Shown here piece by piece: positions 43,873 to 54,430 of a stretch of DNA of 64,000 bases. Origin of the DNA: an uncultured Mycoplasmatota bacterium (GTDB taxonomy: Bacteria; Bacillota_I; Bacilli_A; RF39; UBA660); the NCBI GenBank assembly GCA_900546275.1, contig URCH01000001.1, forward strand, positions 132,458 through 196,457. Reading direction: 5' to 3'. The position numbers were made by a program, and so were the translations under genes. Positions within the stretch are counted from its first letter, which is position 1. Each line of letters starts with the position of its first letter. The notes beneath the pieces are model-generated. The model worked only from the letters and a program-made list of their open reading frames with translations, did not search any database and had not been told where the DNA came from.

Positions 43873-45090
43873 ATGATTGAAAAAATGAAAAAGTTTGTTA
43901 ACATTAATCTGATTTTTATTTTGATTCTATCAACAATAATTATACCAGATGTAACTTATGCAAAAACATTAGGTGATTTAAAAAGAGAGTTACAAAAAAA
44001 TATTGATGAATATAATAGTAATCAAAATGATAAGAAATTAACTGAAAGTCAAATTAATTCTATAAAAGAAAATATTAATAAGGCATCTCAAGAAATAGAA
44101 ACTAGTCAACAGGATATAAAAAATTTAACAGAAGAAATAGAACAATTAAAAATAGAAATAGAAACAAAAAAACAGCAAATAAAGGACATAATGAGTTTTT
44201 ATCAAATTTCAGGAAGTTCTAGTATGTATTTAGATTATGCCATGGGCGCAAAAACATTTACGGATTTTATATATAGGGTTGCTATAAGCGAACAATTGAT
44301 TGAATATAATGATTCCTTGGTTGATGAATATAATGATTTAATTGTTAAAAATAAAGAAAAACAACAAAAATTAAATGAAAATATAAAAAAATTAGAAGCA
44401 AAACAGCAGGAAATGTCTAGTAATTTAGATAGTCTTGGCAATAGATTAGATGAAATAGTTGATTTATCTATGGATATAGAAGATGAAATAGCTTCCAGAA
44501 GAGAAGCTATAGAAATGTATGAAAAACAATATGGATGTAAGGATACAGATGATATAGATGTATGTACAAGAGGGCAATTACCGGCAGACACTAAATTTTG
44601 GAGACCAATAGTTTCAGGTGGTTTTAGTAGCGAATATGGTTATAGAACATATAAATTGAATGGTAAAACAGTTTCCGATTTTCATTCGGGTCTTGATTTG
44701 GTTGGTTCAACTGATGTATATTCTTCAGCGGCAGGTATTGTTGCAGGAATAGTTAGAAAATCAAGTTGTGGTGGAAATAAAATATTTATTCATCATAAAA
44801 TAAATGGTGTTACATATACAACTGCATATAATCATTTACGTAGTATATTAGTAAATGTTGGTGATGCTGTCACGAAGGATACTAAGATAGCAATAATGGG
44901 CGGCGATCCTGCTGTAGAAACATGGGATAGATGTTCAACAGGAAGACATTTACATTTTACAGTTGCATATGGTTTGTATTTGAGTGACTATACGTCATGG
45001 AGTATATTTATTTCAAAGACAGTTAATCCAAGAACAGTTGTAAATTTTCCATCAACAGGAAGATTTACTTCAAGAACAATTAAATATTAA
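43873..45090 (+). CDS. M23 family peptidoglycan metalloendopeptidase with N-terminal coiled coil (EnvC-like)
   Basis: Signal/TM, ~200-aa coiled coil, M23 motifs HSGLDL and HLHF. Confidence 0.75.
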   Translation: MIEKMKKFVNINLIFILILSTIIIPDVTYAKTLGDLKRELQKNIDEYNSNQNDKKLTESQINSIKENINKASQEIETSQQDIKNLTEEIEQLKIEIETKKQQIKDIMSFYQISGSSSMYLDYAMGAKTFTDFIYRVAISEQLIEYNDSLVDEYNDLIVKNKEKQQKLNENIKKLEAKQQEMSSNLDSLGNRLDEIVDLSMDIEDEIASRREAIEMYEKQYGCKDTDDIDVCTRGQLPADTKFWRPIVSGGFSSEYGYRTYKLNGKTVSDFHSGLDLVGSTDVYSSAAGIVAGIVRKSSCGGNKIFIHHKINGVTYTTAYNHLRSILVNVGDAVTKDTKIAIMGGDPAVETWDRCSTGRHLHFTVAYGLYLSDYTSWSIFISKTVNPRTVVNFPSTGRFTSRTIKY

Positions 45091-45115
45091 TAAATGAAAT
45101 TAGAAAGGAATTCAT

Positions 45116-46735
45116 ATGAAAAAGAATAATTTTTTACAGGGTGCGATTGTTGCTACTTTATCTATTGTTATATGTAAAATTTTGGGATTATTATATGTAA
45201 TTCCTTTTTATAGTATTATTGGAACTCAGGGTGGAGCGTTGTATAGTTATGCTTATTCCATATATTCAATTTTTTTAAGCCTATCAACATGCGGAATTCC
45301 GATAGCTGTATCTAAATTAGTAAGTGAATACAATGCCTTGAAAGAATACATAAATAAAGAAGTCGTATATAAAATAGCTTTAAAAATTATGGTGTCTATA
45401 GGAATTTTATCATTTATTATCATGTTTGTATTTGCTAAGAGTATTGCATATATGTTCATTGGAAACATAGAAGGTGGAAACACTCTTAATGAAGTAGCGA
45501 CAGCAATAAGAGTGGTTTCCATTGCATTACTAGTTGTTCCTCAACAAAGTGTAATAAGAGGATATTTAGAGGGACATGGAATGATAACAACAACAAGTAT
45601 ATCTAGTGTACTTGAGCAATTTGTTAGAGTGATAATTATTATAGTTGGAAGTTTTATTACTGTTAAAGTTTTGAAATTACCTATTAACTGCGCAGTATAT
45701 GTAGCAATTTTTGCGGCCTCAATTGCAGCTTTGAGTTCATATATATATTTAAGAATAAAAGTAAAAAATAATAAGAAAAACTTAAATATAGTACAAGTAA
45801 CAGACAGTTATAGCAAAAAAGATATCTTGAAAAAAATAATTTATTATGCTTTACCATTTGTTTTAATTGATTTAATAAAATCATTGTACGGAATGGTTGA
45901 TTCTGTTACTGTAGTAAAAACGTTAGTAAAATTAGGTTATAGTATGGAAACTGCAGAAACGGTATTTGGAGTAATAGCAACCTGGGGAACTAAATTAAAT
46001 ATGATTATAATTTCAATTTCTATGGGAATTACAATTAGTTTAGTTCCTAATTTGTCTGCATCCCTTGCAAAAAAGAATTTCAAAGATGTTAATCAAAAAA
46101 TTAATCAATCATTAAACATAATGCTCTTTTTTACAATACCTATGTCTGTTGGTATAAGCTTTTTGGCGAAACCAGTTTGGATAATTTTCTATGGATATAA
46201 TCAAATAAGTATAAATGTTTTTAGAGTGTTTATATTACAAGTTATTTTTTTTGGATTATATACTACAATTATTAATATTTCACAAACTTTAAACGAAACC
46301 AAAACTTCCTTGATAATGTTAATAGGCAGTTTTGTGTTTAAAGTAATTTTGAATATTCCTAGTATGTATTTATTAAAATATATTGGGATTGATGCATATT
46401 ATGGATCAATAGTAGTTAATGCATTAGTTGAAGGATTGACATTCATTATAACATTATTGTTATTAAAGAAAAAATATAACTTTGAGTTTAGATTTATACT
46501 AAAAACATTATTGAAAATAATGCTTTGCTTGATTTTGATGTTAGGATTTTTGTTTTTTTTATCTTTGTTTATAAAAATGACATCTATTAGCCGTGTGGGT
46601 TCTATAATTTATATAACTATTTATTCAATAGCTGGGTGTGTTATATATGTCGCAACAGCATTAAAGATTAATCTAGTTGGCGATATATTTGGTATAAATA
46701 GTGTTAAAGCTATCATAAAAAAATTACGTCATTGA
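45116..46735 (+). CDS. polysaccharide biosynthesis/MOP flippase family protein (SpoVB/MurJ-like)
   Basis: 539 aa, ~14 TM helices, N-terminus typical of the SpoVB/Wzx superfamily. Confidence 0.65.
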   Translation: MKKNNFLQGAIVATLSIVICKILGLLYVIPFYSIIGTQGGALYSYAYSIYSIFLSLSTCGIPIAVSKLVSEYNALKEYINKEVVYKIALKIMVSIGILSFIIMFVFAKSIAYMFIGNIEGGNTLNEVATAIRVVSIALLVVPQQSVIRGYLEGHGMITTTSISSVLEQFVRVIIIIVGSFITVKVLKLPINCAVYVAIFAASIAALSSYIYLRIKVKNNKKNLNIVQVTDSYSKKDILKKIIYYALPFVLIDLIKSLYGMVDSVTVVKTLVKLGYSMETAETVFGVIATWGTKLNMIIISISMGITISLVPNLSASLAKKNFKDVNQKINQSLNIMLFFTIPMSVGISFLAKPVWIIFYGYNQISINVFRVFILQVIFFGLYTTIINISQTLNETKTSLIMLIGSFVFKVILNIPSMYLLKYIGIDAYYGSIVVNALVEGLTFIITLLLLKKKYNFEFRFILKTLLKIMLCLILMLGFLFFLSLFIKMTSISRVGSIIYITIYSIAGCVIYVATALKINLVGDIFGINSVKAIIKKLRH

Positions 46736-46781
46736 TTTGAAGTAGTTTTTTTGTTATAATGGAAGTCAGATAGGTGAGTAT

Positions 46782-48236
46782 ATGAAAAAATTTTCATTAA
46801 TATTACTAATTATTATAGTTTTATGTTCAGTGGCAATTATGAGTTTGTCATATGATAAAACACCAGAACCAAGTGCATATTATAATGTGTATTTAAATGG
46901 CGAACTATTAGGAAAAATCAAATCAAAAGAGGCGTTAGAAAATTATATAAATAAAGAGCAACAAGAAATAAAACAATTATATTCAGTGGCTGATGTTTAT
47001 ATTCCCAATGGTTTAGAAATCAAAAAAGGAATTGGTTATGACACTGACTTAAATCAAATTGATGAAATATATGGTATTATAAAGAAAAAAAGTGATTTTA
47101 CAATAAAGGGATATCAAATTAGCATAAAAAAAGAAAACTCATTAAAAAAGATATATGTATTAGATAAAGAAATATTTCAGGATGCGGTAGAAAGCGTTAT
47201 CAAATCCTATGTTGGTACTGAGAAATATGAAGCATATAAAAATAATACTCAAGAAGAAGTAAAGGAAACAGGTTCTTATATAACGGATATATATATAGAT
47301 AATGATATTACTATAAAGGAAATAAATATACCTTCAACAGAAAAAATATATACTGATAGCACAGAATTAAGTAAGTATTTACTATTTGGCGAAAATAATA
47401 AACAAAAATCTCATATTGTAAAATCAGGTGATACTATAGAGGATATAGCTTATGAATATAAAATTAGTACTGAAGAGTTCTTGATGTCAAATTCAAAATA
47501 TAAAAGTAAATCAAGTATACTTTCTATTGGTGATGAAGTTATAATAGGAATAACAGATCCGCAAATTAATGTAACTGTTTCACAGGAAACTACGGAAGAT
47601 CTAGAGGAAATATATAAAACAATTGAAAAGGTAGATACAACAATGACTGCAGGTTCAGAGTATGTTCAGCAATCAGGTAAAAATGGTATTATAAGACAGA
47701 AGCAAAATGAAAAAGTTGTAAATGGAACAATTGTATATGTTCAACAAATTTCAAAGGATGTAATAAAACCAGCAACAGATAAAGTTATCGTAAAGGGAAC
47801 AAAAATTGTGTCATCATTAGGTAATTTAAATAACTGGTTATGGCCGGTAGATAGTTATAAAATAACATCTGATTATTCATATAGAATAAATCCATTCAAT
47901 AGTAGTCGTGAATTACATGGTGCACTTGATATAGCCGCCCCATATGGCTCTAAAATATCAGCTTCAAACAATGGTATTATTCAAACAATGGGCAGAACAG
48001 CATCAGCAGGAATATATGTTGTAATTAATCATAACAATGGATATTATACACAATACAATCATATGAGTGCTTATGCTAAAGGTTTAAAAGTTGGACAGAC
48101 TGTTGAAAGAGGTCAAGTAATAGGTTATGTTGGTATGACTGGTGCGGCAACAGGTCCACATTTACACTTTGCTGTATGGTATGGTGGCACGGCATATAGA
48201 GGAACAAGAGTAAATCCATGGACATTATTTAGATAG
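46782..48236 (+). CDS. LysM-domain M23 family metallopeptidase
   Basis: LysM (HIVKSGDTIEDIAYEYKISTEEF), M23 catalytic HGALDIAAP and HLHFAV. Confidence 0.75.
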   Translation: MKKFSLILLIIIVLCSVAIMSLSYDKTPEPSAYYNVYLNGELLGKIKSKEALENYINKEQQEIKQLYSVADVYIPNGLEIKKGIGYDTDLNQIDEIYGIIKKKSDFTIKGYQISIKKENSLKKIYVLDKEIFQDAVESVIKSYVGTEKYEAYKNNTQEEVKETGSYITDIYIDNDITIKEINIPSTEKIYTDSTELSKYLLFGENNKQKSHIVKSGDTIEDIAYEYKISTEEFLMSNSKYKSKSSILSIGDEVIIGITDPQINVTVSQETTEDLEEIYKTIEKVDTTMTAGSEYVQQSGKNGIIRQKQNEKVVNGTIVYVQQISKDVIKPATDKVIVKGTKIVSSLGNLNNWLWPVDSYKITSDYSYRINPFNSSRELHGALDIAAPYGSKISASNNGIIQTMGRTASAGIYVVINHNNGYYTQYNHMSAYAKGLKVGQTVERGQVIGYVGMTGAATGPHLHFAVWYGGTAYRGTRVNPWTLFR

Positions 48237-48244
48237 GAGAAAAT

Positions 48245-48685
48245 ATGATAATAGGAATAGGAAACGATCATAGAGGGTATAAATTAAAATTAAAATTAAA
48301 AGAATATTTAGAATCAAAAAAATATATAGTAAAAGATTTAGGAAGCCAAACAGAAGAATCTACTGATTATCCTATATATGCTTTTTCAGTAGGCGAAGCA
48401 ATTATAAATAAAGATATAGATCTAGGAATATTAATTTGTAGAACAGGTATAGGTATGAGTATAGCCTGCAATAAGGTAAAAGGTATAAGATGTGGAAAAG
48501 TAGACAATGTTGAAGAAGCAAGACTTTGCAAAATTGATAATAATTGTAATGTAATTTCCATTAGCTATGAAAAACAATTTGATGAACTAAAAGAAATAAT
48601 AGATACTTTTTTAGAAACAAAATTCACAAATGAAGAAAGACATTTAAGAAGAATTAATATGATAACAAATTATGAGGAAAAATGA
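48245..48685 (+). CDS. rpiB: ribose-5-phosphate isomerase B (RpiB/LacAB family)
   Basis: IGNDHRGYKLK and CRTGIGMSIACNK motifs. Confidence 0.8.
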   Translation: MIIGIGNDHRGYKLKLKLKEYLESKKYIVKDLGSQTEESTDYPIYAFSVGEAIINKDIDLGILICRTGIGMSIACNKVKGIRCGKVDNVEEARLCKIDNNCNVISISYEKQFDELKEIIDTFLETKFTNEERHLRRINMITNYEEK

Positions 48686-48876
48686 TAAAAGGAATATTTT
48701 ATCTTTTTTCACTTTTAATATCTATTTGGGCATTAGATAGTATAAATATTAATGGTATATTTAAAAAAAATAGATATTATCAATCAAGAATTTTATATTT
48801 TTTAATAGCAATTTTCTTATCATATACTACAACAAATTTCTTTTATGATTTCTTTGTTAATACAAAAATATTATAA
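48682..48876 (+). CDS. small hypothetical membrane protein
   Basis: 64 aa, two hydrophobic helices, followed by terminator ATCACAgaaaTGTGAT plus T8 (48877..48899). Confidence 0.3.
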   Translation: MIKGIFYLFSLLISIWALDSININGIFKKNRYYQSRILYFLIAIFLSYTTTNFFYDFFVNTKIL

Positions 48877-48938
48877 ATCACAGAAATGTGATTTTTTTTG
48901 ACAAAAAATTCTACCATTTAAAACTATAATAAACAATA

Positions 48939-49859
48939 GTGATGAATATGAAAAAAATAATATATGTAATTCTGTTAATAATAATAATACCATACATAGT
49001 TATTTCATTATTTATATATGATGATGAAATAAAATTTAATTATACCGCTAATATGAAAGTAAGAGTAAAAAGAAACGCAACTGGAAAAATAGATGAAATT
49101 CCATTAGAAGAATATGTATCAGGTGTGCTTGCAGGTGAAATGCCTGCAGAGTTTTCATTAGAAGCATTAAAAGCTCAAGCAGTAGCTGCTCGTACTTATG
49201 TAATGAAACGACTTTCAACAAATAAAAAAAATGAATATGATGTAATAGATACAGTACAAAATCAGGTATATTTAGACGAAAATCAACAAAAACAAAATTG
49301 GGGAAATAGATATACTGAACTTTCAAATAAAATAAAACAAGCAGTGTTAGAAACAAATTCTGAATATTTAGTATATAATGGAAAAATAATAGATGCTTTA
49401 TTTTTTTCTACAAGTATTGGAGTAACCGAAAATAGTGAAGATATATTTCCAAATGAAATTCCTTATTTAAGAAGTGTAAGTTCTACATGGGATTCTGTAT
49501 CTCCACTTTATGATAAAGAATATTATTTCACTTTAAAAAAATTTTATGATTTATTAGGATTAGAATATAAAGATAAGGTAACAGTAGAAATAATTTCAAA
49601 AACAAATACAGGTCGAATAAAAAAAATTAAAATAAATGATAAAACCTTTACAGGTTGGGAACTATGCAATAAATTAGGACTAAAATCAAATTATTATACT
49701 ATAACTCAAAATAATGATTCAATAAAAGTGGTTGCTAGAGGATATGGTCATGGAGTTGGGATGAGTCAGTATGGAGCAGAAGGAATGTCAAGAGCAGGAT
49801 ATACATATGACCAAATTTTATATCATTATTACCAAGGAACTAAAATAAAAAAAATTTAA
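48939..49859 (+). CDS. spoIID: stage II sporulation protein D (lytic transglycosylase)
   Basis: SpoIID-domain signature ...EEYVSGVLAGEMPAEFSLEALKAQAVAARTY... Confidence 0.8.
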   Translation: MMNMKKIIYVILLIIIIPYIVISLFIYDDEIKFNYTANMKVRVKRNATGKIDEIPLEEYVSGVLAGEMPAEFSLEALKAQAVAARTYVMKRLSTNKKNEYDVIDTVQNQVYLDENQQKQNWGNRYTELSNKIKQAVLETNSEYLVYNGKIIDALFFSTSIGVTENSEDIFPNEIPYLRSVSSTWDSVSPLYDKEYYFTLKKFYDLLGLEYKDKVTVEIISKTNTGRIKKIKINDKTFTGWELCNKLGLKSNYYTITQNNDSIKVVARGYGHGVGMSQYGAEGMSRAGYTYDQILYHYYQGTKIKKI

Positions 49860-49911
49860 AAAATTGTATAAAATATTAAATATTGTCAAAACTCTTAAAT
49901 GAGGTGATAAT

Positions 49912-50550
49912 ATGACATATAGAAGATTAAAAAAACCAGTGGTATATACTCTTTATGCAATAGGATTTATATTAATAATTTCAAGTATATTTTTAATACA
50001 AAAATCTTTATACAAAAAGCCAGACACTACAGAATATGTAAACAAAACTATATTTGAAGATACAGTTCCAGTTGTTAGTGATACAACAACAAATAATAAT
50101 ATAGAACAAATAGCTAATCCTTATATTGATGAAAGTGTTTCAATAACAAAAAAATATTATGATTATGCTAGTGATGAAAACGAACAAAAAAATTCAATAA
50201 TATATTATGAAGGAACATATATACCAAGCACAGGAATAACTTACAAAGGAAAAGATACATTTGATGTAGTAGCAATTCTAAGTGGTACAGTAACATCCGT
50301 ACATCAAGATGAAATTTTAGGAAATGTAATAGAAATTAAACATGAAAACAATATAGTTAGTATATATCAAAGTTTAGGTGAAGTATCAGTAAAAGAAAAC
50401 GACCAAGTAACACAAGGTCAAGTTATTGGTAAAAGTGGCAATTCAAATATAGATAAAGATTCCGGGAATCATTTATATTTTGAAATAAGCATAAATAACA
50501 AAACTGTAAATCCACTAAATTACATTGGTAAAAAAACAAATGAAATATAG
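49912..50550 (+). CDS. SpoIIQ-like LytM/M23-domain membrane protein
   Basis: N-terminal TM, LytM fold with HLYFEIS. Located between spoIID and spoIIID, as SpoIIQ is in C. difficile. Confidence 0.5.
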   Translation: MTYRRLKKPVVYTLYAIGFILIISSIFLIQKSLYKKPDTTEYVNKTIFEDTVPVVSDTTTNNNIEQIANPYIDESVSITKKYYDYASDENEQKNSIIYYEGTYIPSTGITYKGKDTFDVVAILSGTVTSVHQDEILGNVIEIKHENNIVSIYQSLGEVSVKENDQVTQGQVIGKSGNSNIDKDSGNHLYFEISINNKTVNPLNYIGKKTNEI

Positions 50551-50617
50551 AAGGGCATAAGCTCTTTTTTGAATAAAAATATCAGTTAAAAATATAATTT
50601 ACTAAAGAGGTGTTATA

Positions 50618-50869
50618 GTGAATTATATTAATAAAAGAGTATTAGAAGAAGCAAACTATATTATACAAACAGGAAAGACTGTTAGAGAAATAGCCAGTTT
50701 ATTTAAAGTATCAAAAAGTACAGTACATAAAGATTTACATGAAAGACTATTAAAAATAGATAAAGAAAAATACAAAAATGTAGAAGATATTTTAAAATAT
50801 CATATAGATATACGACATATTAGAGGTGGAGAATCAACCAGAAAAAAATACTTAAACATATTACAGTAA
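50618..50869 (+). CDS. spoIIID: stage III sporulation protein D
   Basis: HTH VSKSTVHKDLHERL and IRHIRGGESTRKKY match SpoIIID; GTG start with AGAGGTG RBS. Confidence 0.8.
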   Translation: MNYINKRVLEEANYIIQTGKTVREIASLFKVSKSTVHKDLHERLLKIDKEKYKNVEDILKYHIDIRHIRGGESTRKKYLNILQ

Positions 50870-50880
50870 AGGAGGAAATA

Positions 50881-51870
50881 ATGTTCACAAAAGATATAGG
50901 AATAGATTTAGGTACAGCAAATGTATTAATTTTCGTAAAAGGACAAGGTATAGTATTAAATGAACCAAGTGTTGTTGCAATAGATTCAGAAACAAAAAAA
51001 CCTTTAGCAGTAGGAGTAGAAGCTAGAGAAATGCTTGGAAGAACACCAGGAAGTGTACAAGCCATAAGACCAATGAAAGATGGCGTAATAGCAGATTTTG
51101 AAATCACAGAAGTTATGCTTGATTATTTTTTAAAAAAAGTAAATGGTAAAACATTATTTACAAAACCTAGAATATTAATTTGTTGTCCATCAAATATAAC
51201 TCAAGTAGAAAAAAATGCGATAAAAGAGGCTGCTGAAAGAACAGGAGCAAAAAGAGTATATATTGAGGAAGAACCTAAAGTAGCAGCTACAGGAGCCGGC
51301 CTAAATATATCAGCTCCAAGTGGTAGTATGGTAATAGATATAGGTGGTGGAACTACTGATATTGCTGTTTTATCACTAGGTGGGATAGTTACTAGTTCAT
51401 CAATTAAAATAGCAGGTAACACATTTGATAGTGACATAATTAAATATATTAAAGAAAAATATAAGCTTTTAATAGGTGATAGGACAGCAGAAGATATTAA
51501 ATTAACTATAGGTACAGTTTACAAAGGTGATAAAAACAACAAAATGGAAGTTAGAGGTAGAAATTTAACAACAGGACTTCCAAGCACTATAACCATAACA
51601 GCTCCAGAAATAGAAGAAGCTTTAAAAGAAAGCGTAAATATTATAGTAGAAACTACTAAAAAAGTTCTTGAAGAAACTCCCCCAGAATTATCTGCAGATA
51701 TAATTAATAAAGGAATTGTATTAACTGGTGGAGGAGCCTTAATAAATGGATTAGATGAATTATTACAAAAAGAATTAGATGTTCCAGTATACATTGCAGA
51801 AAGTCCACTTACATGTGTAGCAGAGGGAACAGGTGTACTTTTAAATAATCTTTATTTAATAGAAAAATAA
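50881..51870 (+). CDS. mreB: rod shape-determining protein MreB/Mbl
   Basis: Actin-fold motifs IGIDLGTANV, DIGGGTTD; downstream of spoIIID like mbl in B. subtilis. Confidence 0.9.
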   Translation: MFTKDIGIDLGTANVLIFVKGQGIVLNEPSVVAIDSETKKPLAVGVEAREMLGRTPGSVQAIRPMKDGVIADFEITEVMLDYFLKKVNGKTLFTKPRILICCPSNITQVEKNAIKEAAERTGAKRVYIEEEPKVAATGAGLNISAPSGSMVIDIGGGTTDIAVLSLGGIVTSSSIKIAGNTFDSDIIKYIKEKYKLLIGDRTAEDIKLTIGTVYKGDKNNKMEVRGRNLTTGLPSTITITAPEIEEALKESVNIIVETTKKVLEETPPELSADIINKGIVLTGGGALINGLDELLQKELDVPVYIAESPLTCVAEGTGVLLNNLYLIEK

Positions 51871-51932
51871 AGATTTTTTTTAAGTTTTAGTATAAAAAAG
51901 CCTTAAAAATAAATAATAATATTGGTGATAAT

Positions 51933-52649
51933 ATGGACATAAAACAATTAGACGATGTAGCAATCAGATCGATAATATCATTAATAGTTCTTTTTGTAAT
52001 AACAAAATTATTAGGTAAAAAGCAAGTATCACAACTTTCAGTATTTGATTATGTAATTGGTATTTCAATAGGAAATTTTGCAGCTGAAATCACAACATCA
52101 CTTGATACACAATTTGAAAATGGCATACTTGCAATGATAATATTTGGTTTAATTGCATATTTAGTTTCTGTTTTGACAATGAAAAGTATAACACTTAGAA
52201 GATTTTTTATGGGTATCCCAACTGTATTAATTGATAAAGGAAAAATAGTAGAAAAAAACTTAAAAAAAGTAAAATTTGATATAAACGATTTATTAGAACA
52301 ATGTAGAATGAACGGATATTTTGACTTAAGTCAAATTGATTATGCAATATTAGAAGTTAATGGAATTGTTAGTATAATGCCAAAGAAAGAAAATCAAAAT
52401 GTTACTATACAAGATATGAATTTACCGGTGCAGAAACAAGGATTATGCGCAAATGTAATAATAGATACTAAAATTATGATTAAAAATTTAAATAATTTTA
52501 ATAAGAATAAAGAATGGTTACAAAAAGAACTTAAAATTAAAGGTTATAAAAATACATCAAATATTTTACTTGCAACATTAGATATAAATGAAAAATTAAC
52601 AGTTTACGAAAAAAATGTAAATGAACAAACAAAAGATATTCTTGAATGA
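51933..52649 (+). CDS. DUF421 (YetF/YdfS-like) membrane protein
   Basis: N-terminal three TM helices plus DUF421-like C-terminal domain. Confidence 0.55.
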   Translation: MDIKQLDDVAIRSIISLIVLFVITKLLGKKQVSQLSVFDYVIGISIGNFAAEITTSLDTQFENGILAMIIFGLIAYLVSVLTMKSITLRRFFMGIPTVLIDKGKIVEKNLKKVKFDINDLLEQCRMNGYFDLSQIDYAILEVNGIVSIMPKKENQNVTIQDMNLPVQKQGLCANVIIDTKIMIKNLNNFNKNKEWLQKELKIKGYKNTSNILLATLDINEKLTVYEKNVNEQTKDILE

Positions 52650-52680
52650 TAAAATGTGTTAAAATATATTTGGTGATACT

Positions 52681-53121
52681 ATGAGACAATTTTGCGCTTC
52701 TGCATTTATCATAAATCCACTTGATAAAAAAATACTATTAGTTAAACACAAAAAATTTGATAAATGGGTTCAACCAGGCGGTCATATAGAACCAGACGAA
52801 TTACCAGAAGAAACGGCAGTTAGAGAAGTATATGAAGAAACGAAAGTTAAAATTAAACTTTTAGGTGTTAGATTTCCAAGAGAAAATGATTGTATACGTC
52901 CACTTGGAATTCAAAAGAATTTAAATAAAATGGGTGAAGTTCATATAGATATTATTTATCCAGCAGTTCCACTTAACCCATATGATTGTGAGCCTGTAAT
53001 TAGTGAAGAAAGTACAGAAGCAGGCTGGTTTTCTTTAAATGATTTAGAAAATATTAGCGTTTTTCCTGATATAAAAATAACGATGGAATATATTTTGAAA
53101 TATTATTTTAATATAAAATAA
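52681..53121 (+). CDS. NUDIX hydrolase
   Basis: Nudix box GGHIEPDELPEETAVREVYEETKV. Confidence 0.7.
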   Translation: MRQFCASAFIINPLDKKILLVKHKKFDKWVQPGGHIEPDELPEETAVREVYEETKVKIKLLGVRFPRENDCIRPLGIQKNLNKMGEVHIDIIYPAVPLNPYDCEPVISEESTEAGWFSLNDLENISVFPDIKITMEYILKYYFNIK

Positions 53122-53139
53122 AGGGATTAATTTATAATA

Positions 53140-53748
53140 TTATCCCTTTATTCTTTTTTTAACTCTTTTATTAATATTTTTTCTAAAACTTTTTGAGCAT
53201 ATGTAACATATAATTAAAATTATTATACAAATCAGATAAAACTTGTATCCGTATTCATTATCATTAGAAGATTTTTGAATTTCATTATTTTCTTTATTCC
53301 ATATCCCTATATTTTTTTCTTGTGCGCTTTTTTCACTTTCTTTTAATAAAGCAGTATATTTATAATCTCCATATAAATATGCTACTTTACCATATCCATT
53401 TTCTATAATTAGATTTTGTAATAATTCATTATCTATCCAAACCCAAACTAAGTTTCTATTATATTTGTCATACTTGTTTGAACTTTCATCATATTCTATT
53501 TCGATTTTATTAGCTTTTTTAAGTTTATTACAAGTATACTCGCTAGCCTCTTTTCCAAAAAATTCAATTTTATTTGTTGACTCAGGTGTATCAATAGCTA
53601 GAAATCTTGCTTTAATTTTTTCTTCATTTAAGTTGAACCAAGCAGTGTCGCCATCTACGCATTTATTTAATGTTACCGCCTTTTTTTCATATGCATAGAC
53701 ATTAAAAGGAATTATAATTAATAGTATTATAATTAATGATTTTTTCAA
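53140..53748 (-). CDS. secreted/membrane-anchored thermonuclease (SNase-like)
   Basis: Signal peptide, SNase motifs DGDTAW and LAIDTPE, C-terminal hydrophobic anchor. Confidence 0.7.
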   Translation of the reverse strand: MKKSLIIILLIIIPFNVYAYEKKAVTLNKCVDGDTAWFNLNEEKIKARFLAIDTPESTNKIEFFGKEASEYTCNKLKKANKIEIEYDESSNKYDKYNRNLVWVWIDNELLQNLIIENGYGKVAYLYGDYKYTALLKESEKSAQEKNIGIWNKENNEIQKSSNDNEYGYKFYLICIIILIICYICSKSFRKNINKRVKKRIKG

Positions 53749-53915
53749 TTTACTTCACCACTATAATTATAACATGATTTAGTTAAATATAGATATTTAG
53801 TTAGTTTGAAAAACGTAAGATTAACTTGACCTTGTAGTGAAAAAATGATAATATATAACTTAATTTTTAAAGAATGGAATTTTATTTAAAATAAATTATT
53901 AATGGAGTGATATAA

Positions 53916-54392
53916 ATGGATTATGATATTGGAAGCATAGTAATGTTAGAAAATGTTGTTTTTAAAACAGCATATTTAAATAATAAATTAACTAGAAAAG
54001 TTACATTTGATCATGCAAAAAAAAGACCAGCAATCATTATTGCGGAAGATAAAGAAAACACATATTTCCTAACCATTACTAGTGGCAAATCCGGAGTTAA
54101 AAAACATAAAGATAGATATTATATAGGTGAAAAATCAAAAACAGAAATTGGAGGCTATGTGGTTTTAACTAATATTTATAAAAGAAATATTTGCTTTAGA
54201 AATGAACTTTGCTACTTAGAACCCAATGATTTGTTATCTTTGTTAATAAAATTTAAAAAGTTTCAAGAAAATATCAAAATGGATGAAGAATATATAAATA
54301 TATCAAAAATAATAGATGGGAAAATAAATGAATTAACATATAAAAAAAATAAACAAAAAACGTTAATAAAAAAAGTTCAGTTTTTTTATTAA
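53916..54392 (+). CDS. hypothetical protein, possible PemK/MazF-like fold
   Basis: Pattern GSIVML...KKRPAIIIAED...YFLTITSG resembles PemK/MazF (G.I..V......KRP.VVVS......V.VVPLTS). No antitoxin ORF upstream. Confidence 0.35.
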   Translation: MDYDIGSIVMLENVVFKTAYLNNKLTRKVTFDHAKKRPAIIIAEDKENTYFLTITSGKSGVKKHKDRYYIGEKSKTEIGGYVVLTNIYKRNICFRNELCYLEPNDLLSLLIKFKKFQENIKMDEEYINISKIIDGKINELTYKKNKQKTLIKKVQFFY

Positions 54393-54430
54393 TTATGATA
54401 TAATGTATCAGTTGAAAGAGAAGTGTATTT

